Assembly: GCA_963719225.1 (NCBI GenBank)
Contig: CAVRAY010000001.1
Location: 224,001-288,000 of the forward strand
Direction: 5' to 3'
Length of the DNA stretch: 64,000 nt
Source: Thermoanaerobaculia bacterium
GTDB taxonomy: Bacteria > Acidobacteriota > Thermoanaerobaculia > UBA5066
The stretch's first letter is position 1; every line of letters starts with the position of its first letter. The notes beneath the pieces were generated by a model. That model saw only the letters and a program-made list of their open reading frames with translations, searched no databases and was not told the DNA's origin. Below, one piece after another: positions 27,187 through 37,088 of this stretch. The position numbers were made by a program, and so were the translations under genes.

Positions 27187-28521
27187 ATGAGAATGACTTC
27201 CTCGACGGCGATCATCACGGCGCTCCTCGCGGCTTCTGCTTCCTCGTTCGCGTCCACGACGAAAGAAGCTGCAAAAGAAGTCCTGCCCTTCATCGCGGAC
27301 GACTACCCGAAGGCCCTCGCGCTCGCGCGCGCCGAGAAGAAGCCGATCTTCCTGGAGACCTGGGCGCCCTGGTGACACTCCTGCCGTGCCATGAGGGCCT
27401 TCGTCTTCACGGACAAGGCTCTCGGGCGGCAGGCCGGACGGTTCGTCTGGCTCTCCATCAACACCGAAAAGCGCGAGAACGCGGCCGTCCTCGCGAAATA
27501 CCCGATCCAGGCCTCGCCCACGCTTTTCGTGCTCGATCCCGTGGCCGAGAAGATCGTCCTCAAGTACGTCGGTGCCGCGACGGTGCCGCAGCTCCAGCGC
27601 ATCCTCGACGATGGCGCACGCGCCGCGGGCCACGGCCGAAAGCCCGACGAGTGGCTCGCGAAGGCGGACGCTTTCTATTCGGCCGGCCAGAACAAGGAAG
27701 CGGCCGAGGCCTATCGCGCGGCCCTGAAGGGCATGGCGCCTTCCTCGCCGTCGTACCCGCGCACCGCCGAGTCGCTCCTCTTCGTGCTTTCCGCGAGCCG
27801 CCAGCACGAGGCGTGCGTCGAGGTCGCGCGCGAAGCGTTCCCGCACCTGAGAACGTCGCCGTCCGCCGCAAACGTCGCGGCTTCGGGCCTCGACTGCGCG
27901 CTCACGCTCGACAAGAAGCTGCCCGCGAGGTCCGCGCTCGTCTCCGAATTCACGGCCGACGCGGAACAGGTCCTGAGCGGGCGGCGCGCAGGCCTCGCGG
28001 TCGATGACGTCTCGTCGCTGTATCTGACGCTCGCCGGCGCGCGCGGGGACGCGGGCGACGAGAGCGGAAAGAGGAAGACGCTCGAGGAATTGGCGTCGTA
28101 TCTGGAAGGCGAGGCCGCGAAGGCGAAGACCGCCGAAGGCCGCGCCGCGTTCGACGCGCACCGCATCACGGCATACCTCGAGCTGGGCCAGCCCCAGCGG
28201 GGAATCGCGATGCTCGAGGCCTCCGAGCGCGACTTTCCCGACGACTACAACCCGCCCGCCCGCCTCGCCCTCGCCTATCGGGCCATGAAGAAGTACGACG
28301 AGGCCCTCGCGGCTTCCGACCGCGCGCTCCAGCGCTCCTATGGTCCGCGGAAGCTCGTCATTCTGCAGGCGCGCGCCCGCATCTACGCGGACAAGGGAGA
28401 TCCCCAGGCGGCGAGAAGGACCCTCGAAGAGGCCCTCGCGTGGGCCGAGGCGCTCCCGAAGGAACAGGTGTCCGAGCGGCAGGTCGCCGCGCTCAAGAAA
28501 CAGCTCGAAGCGCCCAAGTAG
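27187..28521 (+). CDS. Exported thioredoxin-like/TPR protein with in-frame TGA (probable selenoprotein, UxxC)
   Basis: TGG GCG CCC TGG TGA CAC TCC TGC = WAPW-U-HSC; ORFs 27187-27375 and 27391-28521 are in one frame; cis-Pro loop YPIQASPT; TPR-like C-terminal half. Confidence 0.85.
27380..27433 (+). promoter_or_regulatory. SECIS-like stem-loop just downstream of the UGA
   Basis: CCTGCCG/CGGCAGG, GAGGGCCTT/AAGGCTCTC and GTC/GAC stems with apical loop TTCACG. Confidence 0.65.
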
Positions 28522-28547
28522 AATCGGTCCGGCCTGACGGAGGCTCC

Positions 28548-29879
28548 ATGCGGTGGATCCCTCGCGCGATCGTTCCGGCGTTGGTGCTCTTCGCGCCTGT
28601 GGCATTCGCGCAGGATTCGCTGCTCGGGCAGAACGCGCTCGCGACCGAGTCCGGCCGCTTCCGCCTCAAGGCGGAAGTGAAAATGAACGCGCGGACGTCG
28701 ACCGCGATCGAGTTCCCGGTCGCGAACACGGGGACGCCGTTTCCTGTCGTCCTCGAGACCGTCTCCCCGCACACGTCCGCGGAGATCTCGAACATCGCTC
28801 TCACGGCCGAGGGCGACCTCACGCCCGACATCCTCGCCAGGATCGTCATCCACTTCCTCGACCTCTACAACCGCAATCCCACGTCCAGCTCCGACCGCAT
28901 CTTTCTGCGCGAGGCCTTCGTGCGTTTCGGGAAGAAGTGGGACGCGTTGAAGGAGATGCCCGGCACCAGCGTCTATCTCGAGCTCGGCAAGGAGCCGCGT
29001 TTCGCCAAGCAGATCACCCGGCGTCTCGAGAGCTACGGCCTGTGGGGCACGGCCGTGAACCGCTTCGAGGAGACGGGGGCCGAAGCGGGCGGCTCGTTCG
29101 GGCCCCACCTCTACTGGCGCGCGAGCGCCACCGGCGGCACGCCTCTCTACTTCCGCGACACGAACGCGCTGGCGGGAGACAACGGAACGCCCGAGCGCAC
29201 CGTCGGCTCCACGGTTCCGGTGGTCTTCGGCTCGGGAATCCCGATCCTCTACGACACGATGGCGACGGACGTGAGCTTTTCGGGGCGCTTTCAGCTCGGC
29301 GGCGGCGTGGGGCTGCGCTTCAACTGGGGCGAGAGCCGGCGGGACGGAGTGGACCTTCTCGGCTGGTACTTCCGGCGCGACCTCGCCGAGTACGTCCCGC
29401 TGCGGGGCACCTTCTACTCGGGTGATCTCGAGGTCCTGGAGGGTTTCAACAACCCCCTGCCCTTTCAGGGAACGGAGAAGTACGAGTACGGCGTCAACCT
29501 CGAGGCGCGCTTCGGGCCCGTGCACCTCTTCGGGCAGGGCGTCAAGCAGTCCATCGCCGGCCTCGAGCGCGAAGGTTACGAGGTCGAAGCCTCCGTGCGA
29601 ATCGCGCTCCCGGGCCTCTTCGCTTCCGGCGACCAGGCCGTCGTCAACTGGATCGAGCCTGCCGTGCGCGTCTCGTACATCGACAACCTCTTCGACCTGC
29701 CGGCCGGCTTCGTGGCGCCGTCCTTCGGATGGGACTGGCGCAAGTACGATTACGGCTTCCGCCTGGGCATCTTGCGCGGCCTCGATCTGACCGTGGAATA
29801 TTCCCGCCACGAGTCCACGACGCGCAGAGGGGTCCTCCACCCGGACGAAGGCCTCCTGACGCTCCGCGCCGCTTTCTGA
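28548..29879 (+). CDS. Putative outer-membrane beta-barrel protein
   Basis: Signal peptide ..APVAFA; alternating aromatic beta strands; C-terminal LTLRAAF (terminal Phe). Confidence 0.7.
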   Translation: MRWIPRAIVPALVLFAPVAFAQDSLLGQNALATESGRFRLKAEVKMNARTSTAIEFPVANTGTPFPVVLETVSPHTSAEISNIALTAEGDLTPDILARIVIHFLDLYNRNPTSSSDRIFLREAFVRFGKKWDALKEMPGTSVYLELGKEPRFAKQITRRLESYGLWGTAVNRFEETGAEAGGSFGPHLYWRASATGGTPLYFRDTNALAGDNGTPERTVGSTVPVVFGSGIPILYDTMATDVSFSGRFQLGGGVGLRFNWGESRRDGVDLLGWYFRRDLAEYVPLRGTFYSGDLEVLEGFNNPLPFQGTEKYEYGVNLEARFGPVHLFGQGVKQSIAGLEREGYEVEASVRIALPGLFASGDQAVVNWIEPAVRVSYIDNLFDLPAGFVAPSFGWDWRKYDYGFRLGILRGLDLTVEYSRHESTTRRGVLHPDEGLLTLRAAF

Positions 29880-29974
29880 CTCGGCTCCGAGCGCTCGCGG
29901 GGCTGGAATGCCACCGCGGGCGCATAATCGTGCAACCAGATCGCGCAAGATTCCGCGTCTTTCAGGAGTAGAGG

Positions 29975-30781
29975 ATGAAGTATTCCCTTCGTCTCCTTTC
30001 GCTCGCGGCCGCCGGCGTCCTCGCGGCGGGACTCGCCGGTTCCGCGCGCGCCGAATCCGGCCGGCGCGCGGCCGCCCTGGTCGGAAACAGCTACGTTTTC
30101 CCGTCCGTCGCGAACACGCAGGGGCTTTTCAACGCGTTCTTCAAGACGAAAGTCACGCTCTACAACCCCAACACGTTCGACGTCGTCGTCCAGGCGCAGC
30201 TCACGACGACGGCCGGCTCCCCGCTCCCGCAGAACATCCCGCTCGCGGCGGGAGGGTTCCGGCGCTGGGACAACTTCCTTCAGGACGTCTTCGGCTTCAC
30301 CGGCGGCGGCGGCCTCATCTTCACGGAGGCGTCGTCGCACGTCTTCATCGCGGTCGTCGAGGTCTACGTCGACGGCCCGAACGGCCGTTTCACGACCCCC
30401 GTCACGGGACTTCTCCCCGACGACGCGATTCTCCCGTCCTCTCTGGCGACGGGCGCGATCTTCGTGGCGCCGGGCATCCAGAACAACGCCGGCAACCGGG
30501 CGAACTTCGGCTGCCTGAGCCTCGCGCCCATCGCCTCGACGGTGCGCATCGACTTCCACGCGTTCACGAACGACGAGCACACGGTCACGACCACGACGAT
30601 CAACCTGCAGTCCTTCGCGTGGCAGCAGCAGGCCGTTCCGATCTCGGGCGACGACATCATCGCGGTCTTCGGCCTGACCACGGACGACCCCTCTCTCGTC
30701 GCGTACTGCTATGCCGTCAACGTCAACAACGCCTCGAACGACGGCAACAGCATCGTCGCCCGGCGGTCCCCGCCGAAGTAG
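29975..30781 (+). CDS. Secreted protein consisting of one copy of the ~230-aa repeated domain
   Basis: Signal peptide; YVFPSVANTQGLFNAFFKTKVTLYNP ... RANFG ... YAVNVNNASNDG resemble the repeats in 828-3671 and 3756-6989. Confidence 0.75.
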   Translation: MKYSLRLLSLAAAGVLAAGLAGSARAESGRRAAALVGNSYVFPSVANTQGLFNAFFKTKVTLYNPNTFDVVVQAQLTTTAGSPLPQNIPLAAGGFRRWDNFLQDVFGFTGGGGLIFTEASSHVFIAVVEVYVDGPNGRFTTPVTGLLPDDAILPSSLATGAIFVAPGIQNNAGNRANFGCLSLAPIASTVRIDFHAFTNDEHTVTTTTINLQSFAWQQQAVPISGDDIIAVFGLTTDDPSLVAYCYAVNVNNASNDGNSIVARRSPPK

Positions 30782-30856
30782 CGTCTCGAAGCCGGCTTCT
30801 GGCGCCGATCTTGCGACATTCGAGCTGCGAGGTTCGAACTCGCAGGACGGTGACTC

Positions 30857-31552
30857 ATGCTGGCGAAAAAAATTACAAACGAACGGCGCGTTTACAAAGA
30901 CGTGATGAAAGTCCCCTCGGGTGAAATCGAGCTGCCGGCGGAGATTTCAGTCCCCGAGCTCGCCGACGGGATCGTGGTTTTCTGTCATGGCAACCGGAAC
31001 CGGCGGCACGGCTCCGCGAACCGGGCCGTAGCCGAGAGCCTGGTGCAGGAAGGAACCGCCGCGGCGGTGTGCAATCTGCTCACGCCCGCGGAGGAGAAGC
31101 TCGACGAGCACATCGCGGGCCCGCGATTCGACATCAAGTCCCTCGCGGGGCGCCTCGCGGATCTCACCGACTCCCTCCTGAAGGACGCGAGAACGCGCCA
31201 CCTTCAGATCGCCTACTTCGGTGCGTCGACGGCCGCCGCCGCGGCTCTCGTGGCCGCCGCGGCACGGCCGCTCGTCGTGAGGGCGGTCGTGTCGTTCGGC
31301 GGGCTGCCTCATCTCGCCGGGAAGGCCCTGCCGGAGGTCGAGGCTCCGACGCTTCTCCTCGTCGGCGAGCACGACTGGCAGATCATGGATGGGAATCGGG
31401 AGGCGCTCGCCAGGCTCCGCGCACCGAAGTCGCTTCAGCTCGTTCCCGGCGGGACGCACCTGTTCGCGGCGCCGAGCGCCCTCGCGGAGGCCTCGCGTCT
31501 CGCGTGTGACTGGTTCCGGCACTACCTGAGCCTCGTGAGCGTGACGGCCTGA
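30857..31552 (+). CDS. Dienelactone-hydrolase-like alpha/beta hydrolase
   Basis: VVFCHG, YFGASTAAAAAL, AVVSFGG, PTLLLVGEHD, VPGGTHLF. Confidence 0.8.
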   Translation: MLAKKITNERRVYKDVMKVPSGEIELPAEISVPELADGIVVFCHGNRNRRHGSANRAVAESLVQEGTAAAVCNLLTPAEEKLDEHIAGPRFDIKSLAGRLADLTDSLLKDARTRHLQIAYFGASTAAAAALVAAAARPLVVRAVVSFGGLPHLAGKALPEVEAPTLLLVGEHDWQIMDGNREALARLRAPKSLQLVPGGTHLFAAPSALAEASRLACDWFRHYLSLVSVTA

Positions 31553-31736
31553 AGCGGCGTCGACCAGGCGATTACAGGACCGCGCCGATGTGCGCTATAC
31601 TTCTTGGGTTCGCCTTCCTCGTACTGACGGAGCGGACCGAAGACCGAAAGGTCCCCGTCGACCATATTACGTACTTCTCCCCACCATCTGCCAGCCGCAC
31701 GCGTCCCTCGGACGACGTGTTTACCAAAGGATCCCC

Positions 31737-32027
<291 letters not shown>

Positions 32028-32054
32028 GTCCCTCGAGAATCAGTTTTTCTCGAC

Positions 32055-32092
32055 CGGCGCCGGAGTGGAGTCACTTCGGCGCCGTTTTTTTT
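32055..32092 (+). terminator. Intrinsic terminator
   Basis: CGGCGCCGGAGTG-GAGT-CACTTCGGCGCCG hairpin followed by T8. Confidence 0.9.
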
Positions 32093-32125
32093 CGGGACCG
32101 TCCTGCCCGCGTAACATTCAACGCC

Positions 32126-32446
32126 ATGTCCGATGGGGATCGCACACGGCGCGCCCGCCTCGAGATCGCCGCGACCGAAGTCGCCGAAGTCTTCGAGACG
32201 TTGGACTACGAGACCTACGCGCAGGCGTCGGGCCTGAGAAACGCGATCCGGTCCGGGCTGGCCCCGCCTCCGCGGCTCGTGGCAGCCGTCCACGAAGCGC
32301 TGCGGAAGGCGCTCGAGGCGGCGGCGAAGGAGTCGTCGTCTCCCGAGGGGAAGCTCGACGCCGGAGCGACCCGGGCGACGCGGTCGACGATTCGCGGCGT
32401 GCTCAAGAGATTCGAGGACGCGTTCGGAGAGGCGAACGCGTCATGA
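32126..32446 (+). CDS. Hypothetical protein
   Basis: Plausible helical 106-aa ORF; ATGA overlap with the next gene. Confidence 0.6.
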   Translation: MSDGDRTRRARLEIAATEVAEVFETLDYETYAQASGLRNAIRSGLAPPPRLVAAVHEALRKALEAAAKESSSPEGKLDAGATRATRSTIRGVLKRFEDAFGEANAS

Positions 32447-33069
32447 ACACGCAGGCCGAGCCCCGCTGGCCGATCCTCCTCACGCTCCTCGCGCTGGGCG
32501 TCCTCAACTTCGCGCTTCCGCCGTCGCTCACGGTCGGCCCGAAGTGGGTGCTCCTCGCCGTCGTGGTCGTTCTCATCGTCCCGACGGTGATGGCGCATCG
32601 CGCGGGTCGCAAGTCGCTCACCCGCAACCTCGGCTACGCCGTGAGCGGCGTCGTGACGATCGCGCTCGTCGGATCGCTCGTGCTGCTCATCGCGGGGCTC
32701 CCGAAAAAGGAGGAGACGCCCGCCGAGCTTGCCCGGTCCGCCGCGTGCCTCTGGATCGCGAACGTGCTCGTTTTCGCGCTCTGGTACTGGCGGCTCGACG
32801 CGGGCGGACCGCACGAGCGCGACGAGCGCCCTGCGCATACCGAGGGCGATTTCTTCTTTCCGCAGATGATGGACGGGGCCCCCTCTCCGACGGATTGGAC
32901 GCCCCGGTTCGTGGACTATCTCTTCATCGCGTTCAACAACAGTACGGCCTTCTCCCCGACGGACACGCCCGTGCTCTCGCGCTGGGCGAAGGTCCTCACG
33001 ATGCTCCAGTCGCTGATCTCCCTTCTCGTGGTCGCGGTTCTCGCCTCGCGGGCCGTCGGTTTGATCTGA
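32443..33069 (+). CDS. DUF1345-like membrane protein
   Basis: FALWYWRLDAGGP, DFFFPQM, W.PRFVDYL..AF.NSTAFSPTD. Confidence 0.8.
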   Translation: MNTQAEPRWPILLTLLALGVLNFALPPSLTVGPKWVLLAVVVVLIVPTVMAHRAGRKSLTRNLGYAVSGVVTIALVGSLVLLIAGLPKKEETPAELARSAACLWIANVLVFALWYWRLDAGGPHERDERPAHTEGDFFFPQMMDGAPSPTDWTPRFVDYLFIAFNNSTAFSPTDTPVLSRWAKVLTMLQSLISLLVVAVLASRAVGLI

Positions 33070-33088
33070 AAGCCGGGGGAATCCCTCC

Positions 33089-33199
33089 TCCGGACTCTTT
33101 CCCGATCACCTCCGGAATCCGACCGGCCCGCCTCGGGAGTTTTTCCCGCGTAACCCGGGTCCCGTCCCGATTGAAGAAGAACCGGCCGGGCCCCACATT
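33089..33199 (+). promoter_or_regulatory. Four phased operator-like boxes plus sigma70-type promoter
   Basis: 17-bp boxes TC(C/G)GGA-N5-TCCCG at 33089, 33111, 33133 and 33154 (spacing 22/22/21; box 2 most degenerate); TTGAAG-N17-CACATT at 33171-33199. Confidence 0.6.
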
Positions 33200-33226
33200 C
33201 TCGGTGTCAGCAGCAAGGAGAACGTC

Positions 33227-33532
33227 ATGAGAAACGAAAAGAACGAAACCAGGGGCGGAAACAGGGTCGACGGAGGCTTCTACCTGAACCGGAAGACGTG
33301 GGACCTCGTGACCGTGAACGGGAAGAAGGGCCTCCTTCCCGGCGAGACGGACGACCGTTATCTAAAGGTCCCGACTCTCGCGATGCTGGCGGCGGCTCCC
33401 GTGCTCGGCGCCACGCTCGTCGTCTTCCTGCCGTTCGTCGGCTTCGCGCTCTTCGCCGTCGCCGGCCTGCGCAAGGTGGCGGGCCTCGACAAGACGGCGA
33501 AGCTCTCCGAGCCCGCGCGCGGAACGCGCTGA
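33227..33532 (+). CDS. Small membrane protein (tandem paralog 1)
   Basis: RBS AAGGAG; GGFYLN..TWDLVTV.GK.G.LPG, then TM APVLGATLVVFLPFVG. Confidence 0.8.
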   Translation: MRNEKNETRGGNRVDGGFYLNRKTWDLVTVNGKKGLLPGETDDRYLKVPTLAMLAAAPVLGATLVVFLPFVGFALFAVAGLRKVAGLDKTAKLSEPARGTR

Positions 33533-33581
33533 TTCGCCACGCGACACGAGACCAGAAAAAAGAGGACAAAAGGAGCACTCC

Positions 33582-33878
33582 ATGAAACGGTTCGAAGGTT
33601 CGACCAGGGTCCCAGGCGGGTTCTATTTCAACCAGAGGAGCTGGGATCTCGTGACGGTGAGCGGGAAGGCCGGCGTCCTGCCGGGGACGCCTTCGGACCA
33701 GCACATCCGGGTGCCGCTTCTCCTCATGCTCCTCGGCGCGCCCGTGTTCGGAGCGACGCTGGTGATGTTCCTTCCCTTCGTCGGCATCGCGCTCTTCGTC
33801 CACGCGGCGTCCAAGAAGGTCCTGAAGCCCTTCGCGGCCGGGAAACTCGAGAAGGCGCCGGCGCGCGTCACGCGCTGA
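33582..33878 (+). CDS. Small membrane protein (tandem paralog 2)
   Basis: RBS AGGAG; GGFYFN..SWDLVTV.GK.G.LPG, then APVFGATLVMFLPFVG. Confidence 0.8.
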   Translation: MKRFEGSTRVPGGFYFNQRSWDLVTVSGKAGVLPGTPSDQHIRVPLLLMLLGAPVFGATLVMFLPFVGIALFVHAASKKVLKPFAAGKLEKAPARVTR

Positions 33879-33890
33879 GCGCTCTCCCGC

Positions 33891-34544
33891 TCAGGCCTGG
33901 ATGATCCCGCGGCGGAGGGCGAACCGGATGAGCTCGGTTCGCCCGTGGACTCCGAGCTTGCCCATGACGTGCTCGCGGTGGGACATCGCCGTCTTGACGC
34001 CGATCCCGAGGAGCTCGGCGATCTCCTTGTTGCTGCGTCCCTCGGCCACGAGCTTCAGAACCTGCTTTTCGCGGTCGGTGAGGGTCTCGTAGGCGTCCAC
34101 GGTCTCCACGCCGGCGGCCGCGGCTTCACGCTCCTCGAGAGCGACGCGCGCCACCTCGGGAGCGAGCACGAGACCGCCGCGGACGACCGCGCGGATGGCC
34201 GAGGCCAGCTCGGCGCCCGCCGCCTTTTTCAGCACGTAGCCGGAGACTCCGATCTTGAGGAAGCGCGCGACGTACTCGCGGTCCTCGTACTGCGTCAACA
34301 CGATGATCTTCGTCTTCGGGCAGAGCTTGCGGATTTCGAGCGCGGCCTCGAGCCCTCCCAGATTCGGCATCGCGATGTCGAGGAGGAGGACGTCGGGAAG
34401 GAGCGCGACGCAGCGGTCGATCGCCTGACGTCCATCCTCGGCGTCGCCCACGACCTCGATGTCGTCCGCCTTCTGAAGGAGGGCCCGGATGCCCTCGCGC
34501 ATGAGGGCGTGGTCGTCGGCGATCACGACGCGCGTCCTAGGCAT
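33891..34544 (-). CDS. NarL/FixJ family response regulator
   Basis: IADDH, LLDIAMP, GYVLK, LTDREKQVLKLVAEG.SNKEIA (LuxR-type HTH). Confidence 0.95.
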   Translation of the reverse strand: MPRTRVVIADDHALMREGIRALLQKADDIEVVGDAEDGRQAIDRCVALLPDVLLLDIAMPNLGGLEAALEIRKLCPKTKIIVLTQYEDREYVARFLKIGVSGYVLKKAAGAELASAIRAVVRGGLVLAPEVARVALEEREAAAAGVETVDAYETLTDREKQVLKLVAEGRSNKEIAELLGIGVKTAMSHREHVMGKLGVHGRTELIRFALRRGIIQA

Positions 34545-36354
34545 GAACGACCTCTTTGGAAATCGGAATCTCGATCGTGATGTGCGCGCCCTCTCCGGGC
34601 GCCGAATCGAGGCTCATCTTCCCACCGAGGATCTCCACGCGTTCACGCATGCCGAGGAGGCCGAGGCCGCGTCCCGTCTCGGACGGCAGCTCGACGCTCT
34701 TCGGGTCGAACCCCTGGCCGTCGTCCTCGATCTCGATGAGCAGCCTCTTCTCGTCGGCGGCGATCTGCAGGAGGACGTTCTCGGCCTTCGCGTGGCGGGC
34801 CACGTTGAGGAGCGCCTCCTGCACGATCCGGAAGACCGCGGTCGCGACGTCGCGGGGCACGCGGCTCTCCACGTCCTCGAACTCGCACCTCACCGCGATG
34901 CCCAGCGGCTCGATGTGGCGCGCGGCGAACCAGCGCGCGGCGGCCAGGAGTCCCAGGTCGTCGAGGATGGAGGGACGCAGGTCGAAGATGACGCGATGCA
35001 GGTCGTCGAGGGCGCGCCCCGCGAGGCCCTTGACCTCGTCGAGGCGCGCGCGCATTCCGCCTTCGGGCAGCTCGCCGAGCGCGCTCTCGAGACGGAAGGA
35101 CAGCGCCGCGATCGTCTGGCAGGTCTCGTCGTGCAGCTCCCGCGCGATGCGCATGCGCTCCCGTTCCTGAGCGCTCAGGAAGCGCTTGAGCAGCTCGGCC
35201 CGCCTCTCGTCGCGGTCGCGCAGCTCGGCGTAGAGTCGCTGGAGCTCCTGCGTGCGCGCGGCGACGCGCGCCTCGAGCTTTTCGTTCGCTGTCCGGATCT
35301 CGTCGAGCGACGCGGCGAGGCGGACGCGCATCGTCTCGAGCGAACGGCCGAGCCGCCCGACCTCGTCGTCGGGCAGCGGCGGAATGGGCCGGTCGAGGTC
35401 GCCGCTCGTGATGTGCTCGGCGGCGCGCGTGAGGACGAAGAGCGGCCTGAGCACGCTGCGCGCGGCGCCCCACGTGAAGAACGCCGCGAGCGCGAGGAAA
35501 ACGGGCGTCAGCGCGAGCATCCGCCGGCGGTACACGTACGCGGGTTGGAACGCGTCTTCCGCCCGTTCGCGCACGACGACTCCCCACGGAAAGAGGCGCA
35601 GGGGCGCGAAGGCGACGACATCGTCCTTCACGCGGCCGGCGAACGGCCGCTGGTCATGGAGGAGCGGCCGGAGGAAGTCGGAGGCGACGGGGGGCTTGCG
35701 CGCGGGGCCCGTGTCGGTCGTCGCGACGACCTCTCCCGCGGCGTCGACGAGATCGGTCGCGTGATTCTCGCCGGCCTGCGCGGCCGGCAGGAGGCTCGCG
35801 AAGACCGGCCGCGCGGGATCGAGGCTCGCGCCGGCGATGCCCGTGGTCTTTCCGTCGAGATCCACGAGGGGGACGAAGAGGAAGAGCCGTTGCGTCCCGC
35901 CCGGGAGCGTCGTCAGCGCGGACGCCGCGCGCCTGCCGGTCGCGAGCGCTTCCCTGGCCGCCGGCATCGCGATGAGCCCGTCGTTCCGGTGCCCTCCGGG
36001 AGGCTCCTCCCAGAGGATCTCCCCGGACGGGCTCAGGAGGAAGACGCTGGAGAAGAGGTGCGAGCGGCGGTAGGTCGCGAGGAGGGCGGCGCGGCGCGCA
36101 GGGCTGTCGGGCTCGACGCCTCCGCCGTAGAGGCCCTCGAGGTCGTCGCGGATGATCTCCTCGACGTGGTCCACCGCGCTGCGCGCGAGACGCTGCTGGT
36201 CGCGCACGACGCGGGCGGACAGGTCGTCGAGAGCATTCATGCTCAGGATTCCGAGGACGACCAGGGGCGCGAGGAGACCGAGCGCGACGAGCAGGAGCGC
36301 CCGCGCCTGCAGGGCATTTCGGACGCCCAGGCGCGGGGGCCGCTCCTGGCTCAC
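34537..36354 (-). CDS. Sensor histidine kinase (periplasmic sensor, HAMP, HisKA_3, HATPase)
   Basis: Two TMs; DEVGRL HAMP; RIARELHDE; [15 protein letters not shown]; DDGQGF; [11 protein letters not shown]; GTG overlaps upstream stop. Confidence 0.93.
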   Translation of the reverse strand: MSQERPPRLGVRNALQARALLLVALGLLAPLVVLGILSMNALDDLSARVVRDQQRLARSAVDHVEEIIRDDLEGLYGGGVEPDSPARRAALLATYRRSHLFSSVFLLSPSGEILWEEPPGGHRNDGLIAMPAAREALATGRRAASALTTLPGGTQRLFLFVPLVDLDGKTTGIAGASLDPARPVFASLLPAAQAGENHATDLVDAAGEVVATTDTGPARKPPVASDFLRPLLHDQRPFAGRVKDDVVAFAPLRLFPWGVVVRERAEDAFQPAYVYRRRMLALTPVFLALAAFFTWGAARSVLRPLFVLTRAAEHITSGDLDRPIPPLPDDEVGRLGRSLETMRVRLAASLDEIRTANEKLEARVAARTQELQRLYAELRDRDERRAELLKRFLSAQERERMRIARELHDETCQTIAALSFRLESALGELPEGGMRARLDEVKGLAGRALDDLHRVIFDLRPSILDDLGLLAAARWFAARHIEPLGIAVRCEFEDVESRVPRDVATAVFRIVQEALLNVARHAKAENVLLQIAADEKRLLIEIEDDGQGFDPKSVELPSETGRGLGLLGMRERVEILGGKMSLDSAPGEGAHITIEIPISKEVVHA

Positions 36355-37088
36355 GGCTTCGGCGGTATTTCCGGAGCGGCCGCCGGACTCTCGTGGTGCG
36401 CGATCGCTTCCGGCACAGGCTCGCCACCATAGAGACGCGCGTACTCGAGCGGGTGCTCGTGATGGAGCCGTTCCTTGCTGATCTTGCCCGTGAAGATACT
36501 CGCGTCGTACGGGAAGATTCCCGGAGCGAGGTGGGCGTTGTAGATGTGCCACGTGATGACGACGAGGAAGGCCATGAGGCCTTCGTTGCTGTGCGCGACC
36601 TTCGAGACCGGGATCAGCTCGCCCGGGAGGAAGCGCGTCACGAGCATCGGGAAGTAGAGGACGAGCCCGGTCGAGATCATGACGAGGCCGCCGAGGACGA
36701 GCCCCCAGTACTCGAACTTCTGCCGGTAGTCGAACCGGTCGAACTTCGGCTGCGACTCCACGACGCCGAGGTCGTACCTCAGCTGCTGCACGGCGTCCTT
36801 GAAGTCCTGGCGGTTCGGCAGCAGCGTGAGCTTCATCTTCCGCTCGGCCGCGAGGATCACGCCCACCCCGAGATGCCACAGCGTCAGGAGAGAGAACACG
36901 AGGCCCGAGACGCGGTGGATGACGCGCACGTGGTCGAGCCCTCCGAGAGCGCGGACGACCCCGCGCGCCCAGCCCGTCTCGAAGAATTTCTGCGGGAAAC
37001 CCGTCAACGCGAGGAGCACGAACGTCGTCATGACGATCACGTGCTCGATGCGTTGCCTCTTCGAAAATCGGACGGTGTATTCGGTCAT
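36351..37088 (-). CDS. Cytochrome b subunit (FdnI/HydC-like)
   Basis: RF...[32 protein letters not shown] (heme b His ligands). Confidence 0.88.
   Translation of the reverse strand: MTEYTVRFSKRQRIEHVIVMTTFVLLALTGFPQKFFETGWARGVVRALGGLDHVRVIHRVSGLVFSLLTLWHLGVGVILAAERKMKLTLLPNRQDFKDAVQQLRYDLGVVESQPKFDRFDYRQKFEYWGLVLGGLVMISTGLVLYFPMLVTRFLPGELIPVSKVAHSNEGLMAFLVVITWHIYNAHLAPGIFPYDASIFTGKISKERLHHEHPLEYARLYGGEPVPEAIAHHESPAAAPEIPPKP

Noticed and set aside
27187-27375. 62-aa ORF as a separate gene or pseudogene fragment
   Set aside because: Its TGA sits at the catalytic Cys position with an in-frame continuation and a hairpin; recoding is the better explanation.
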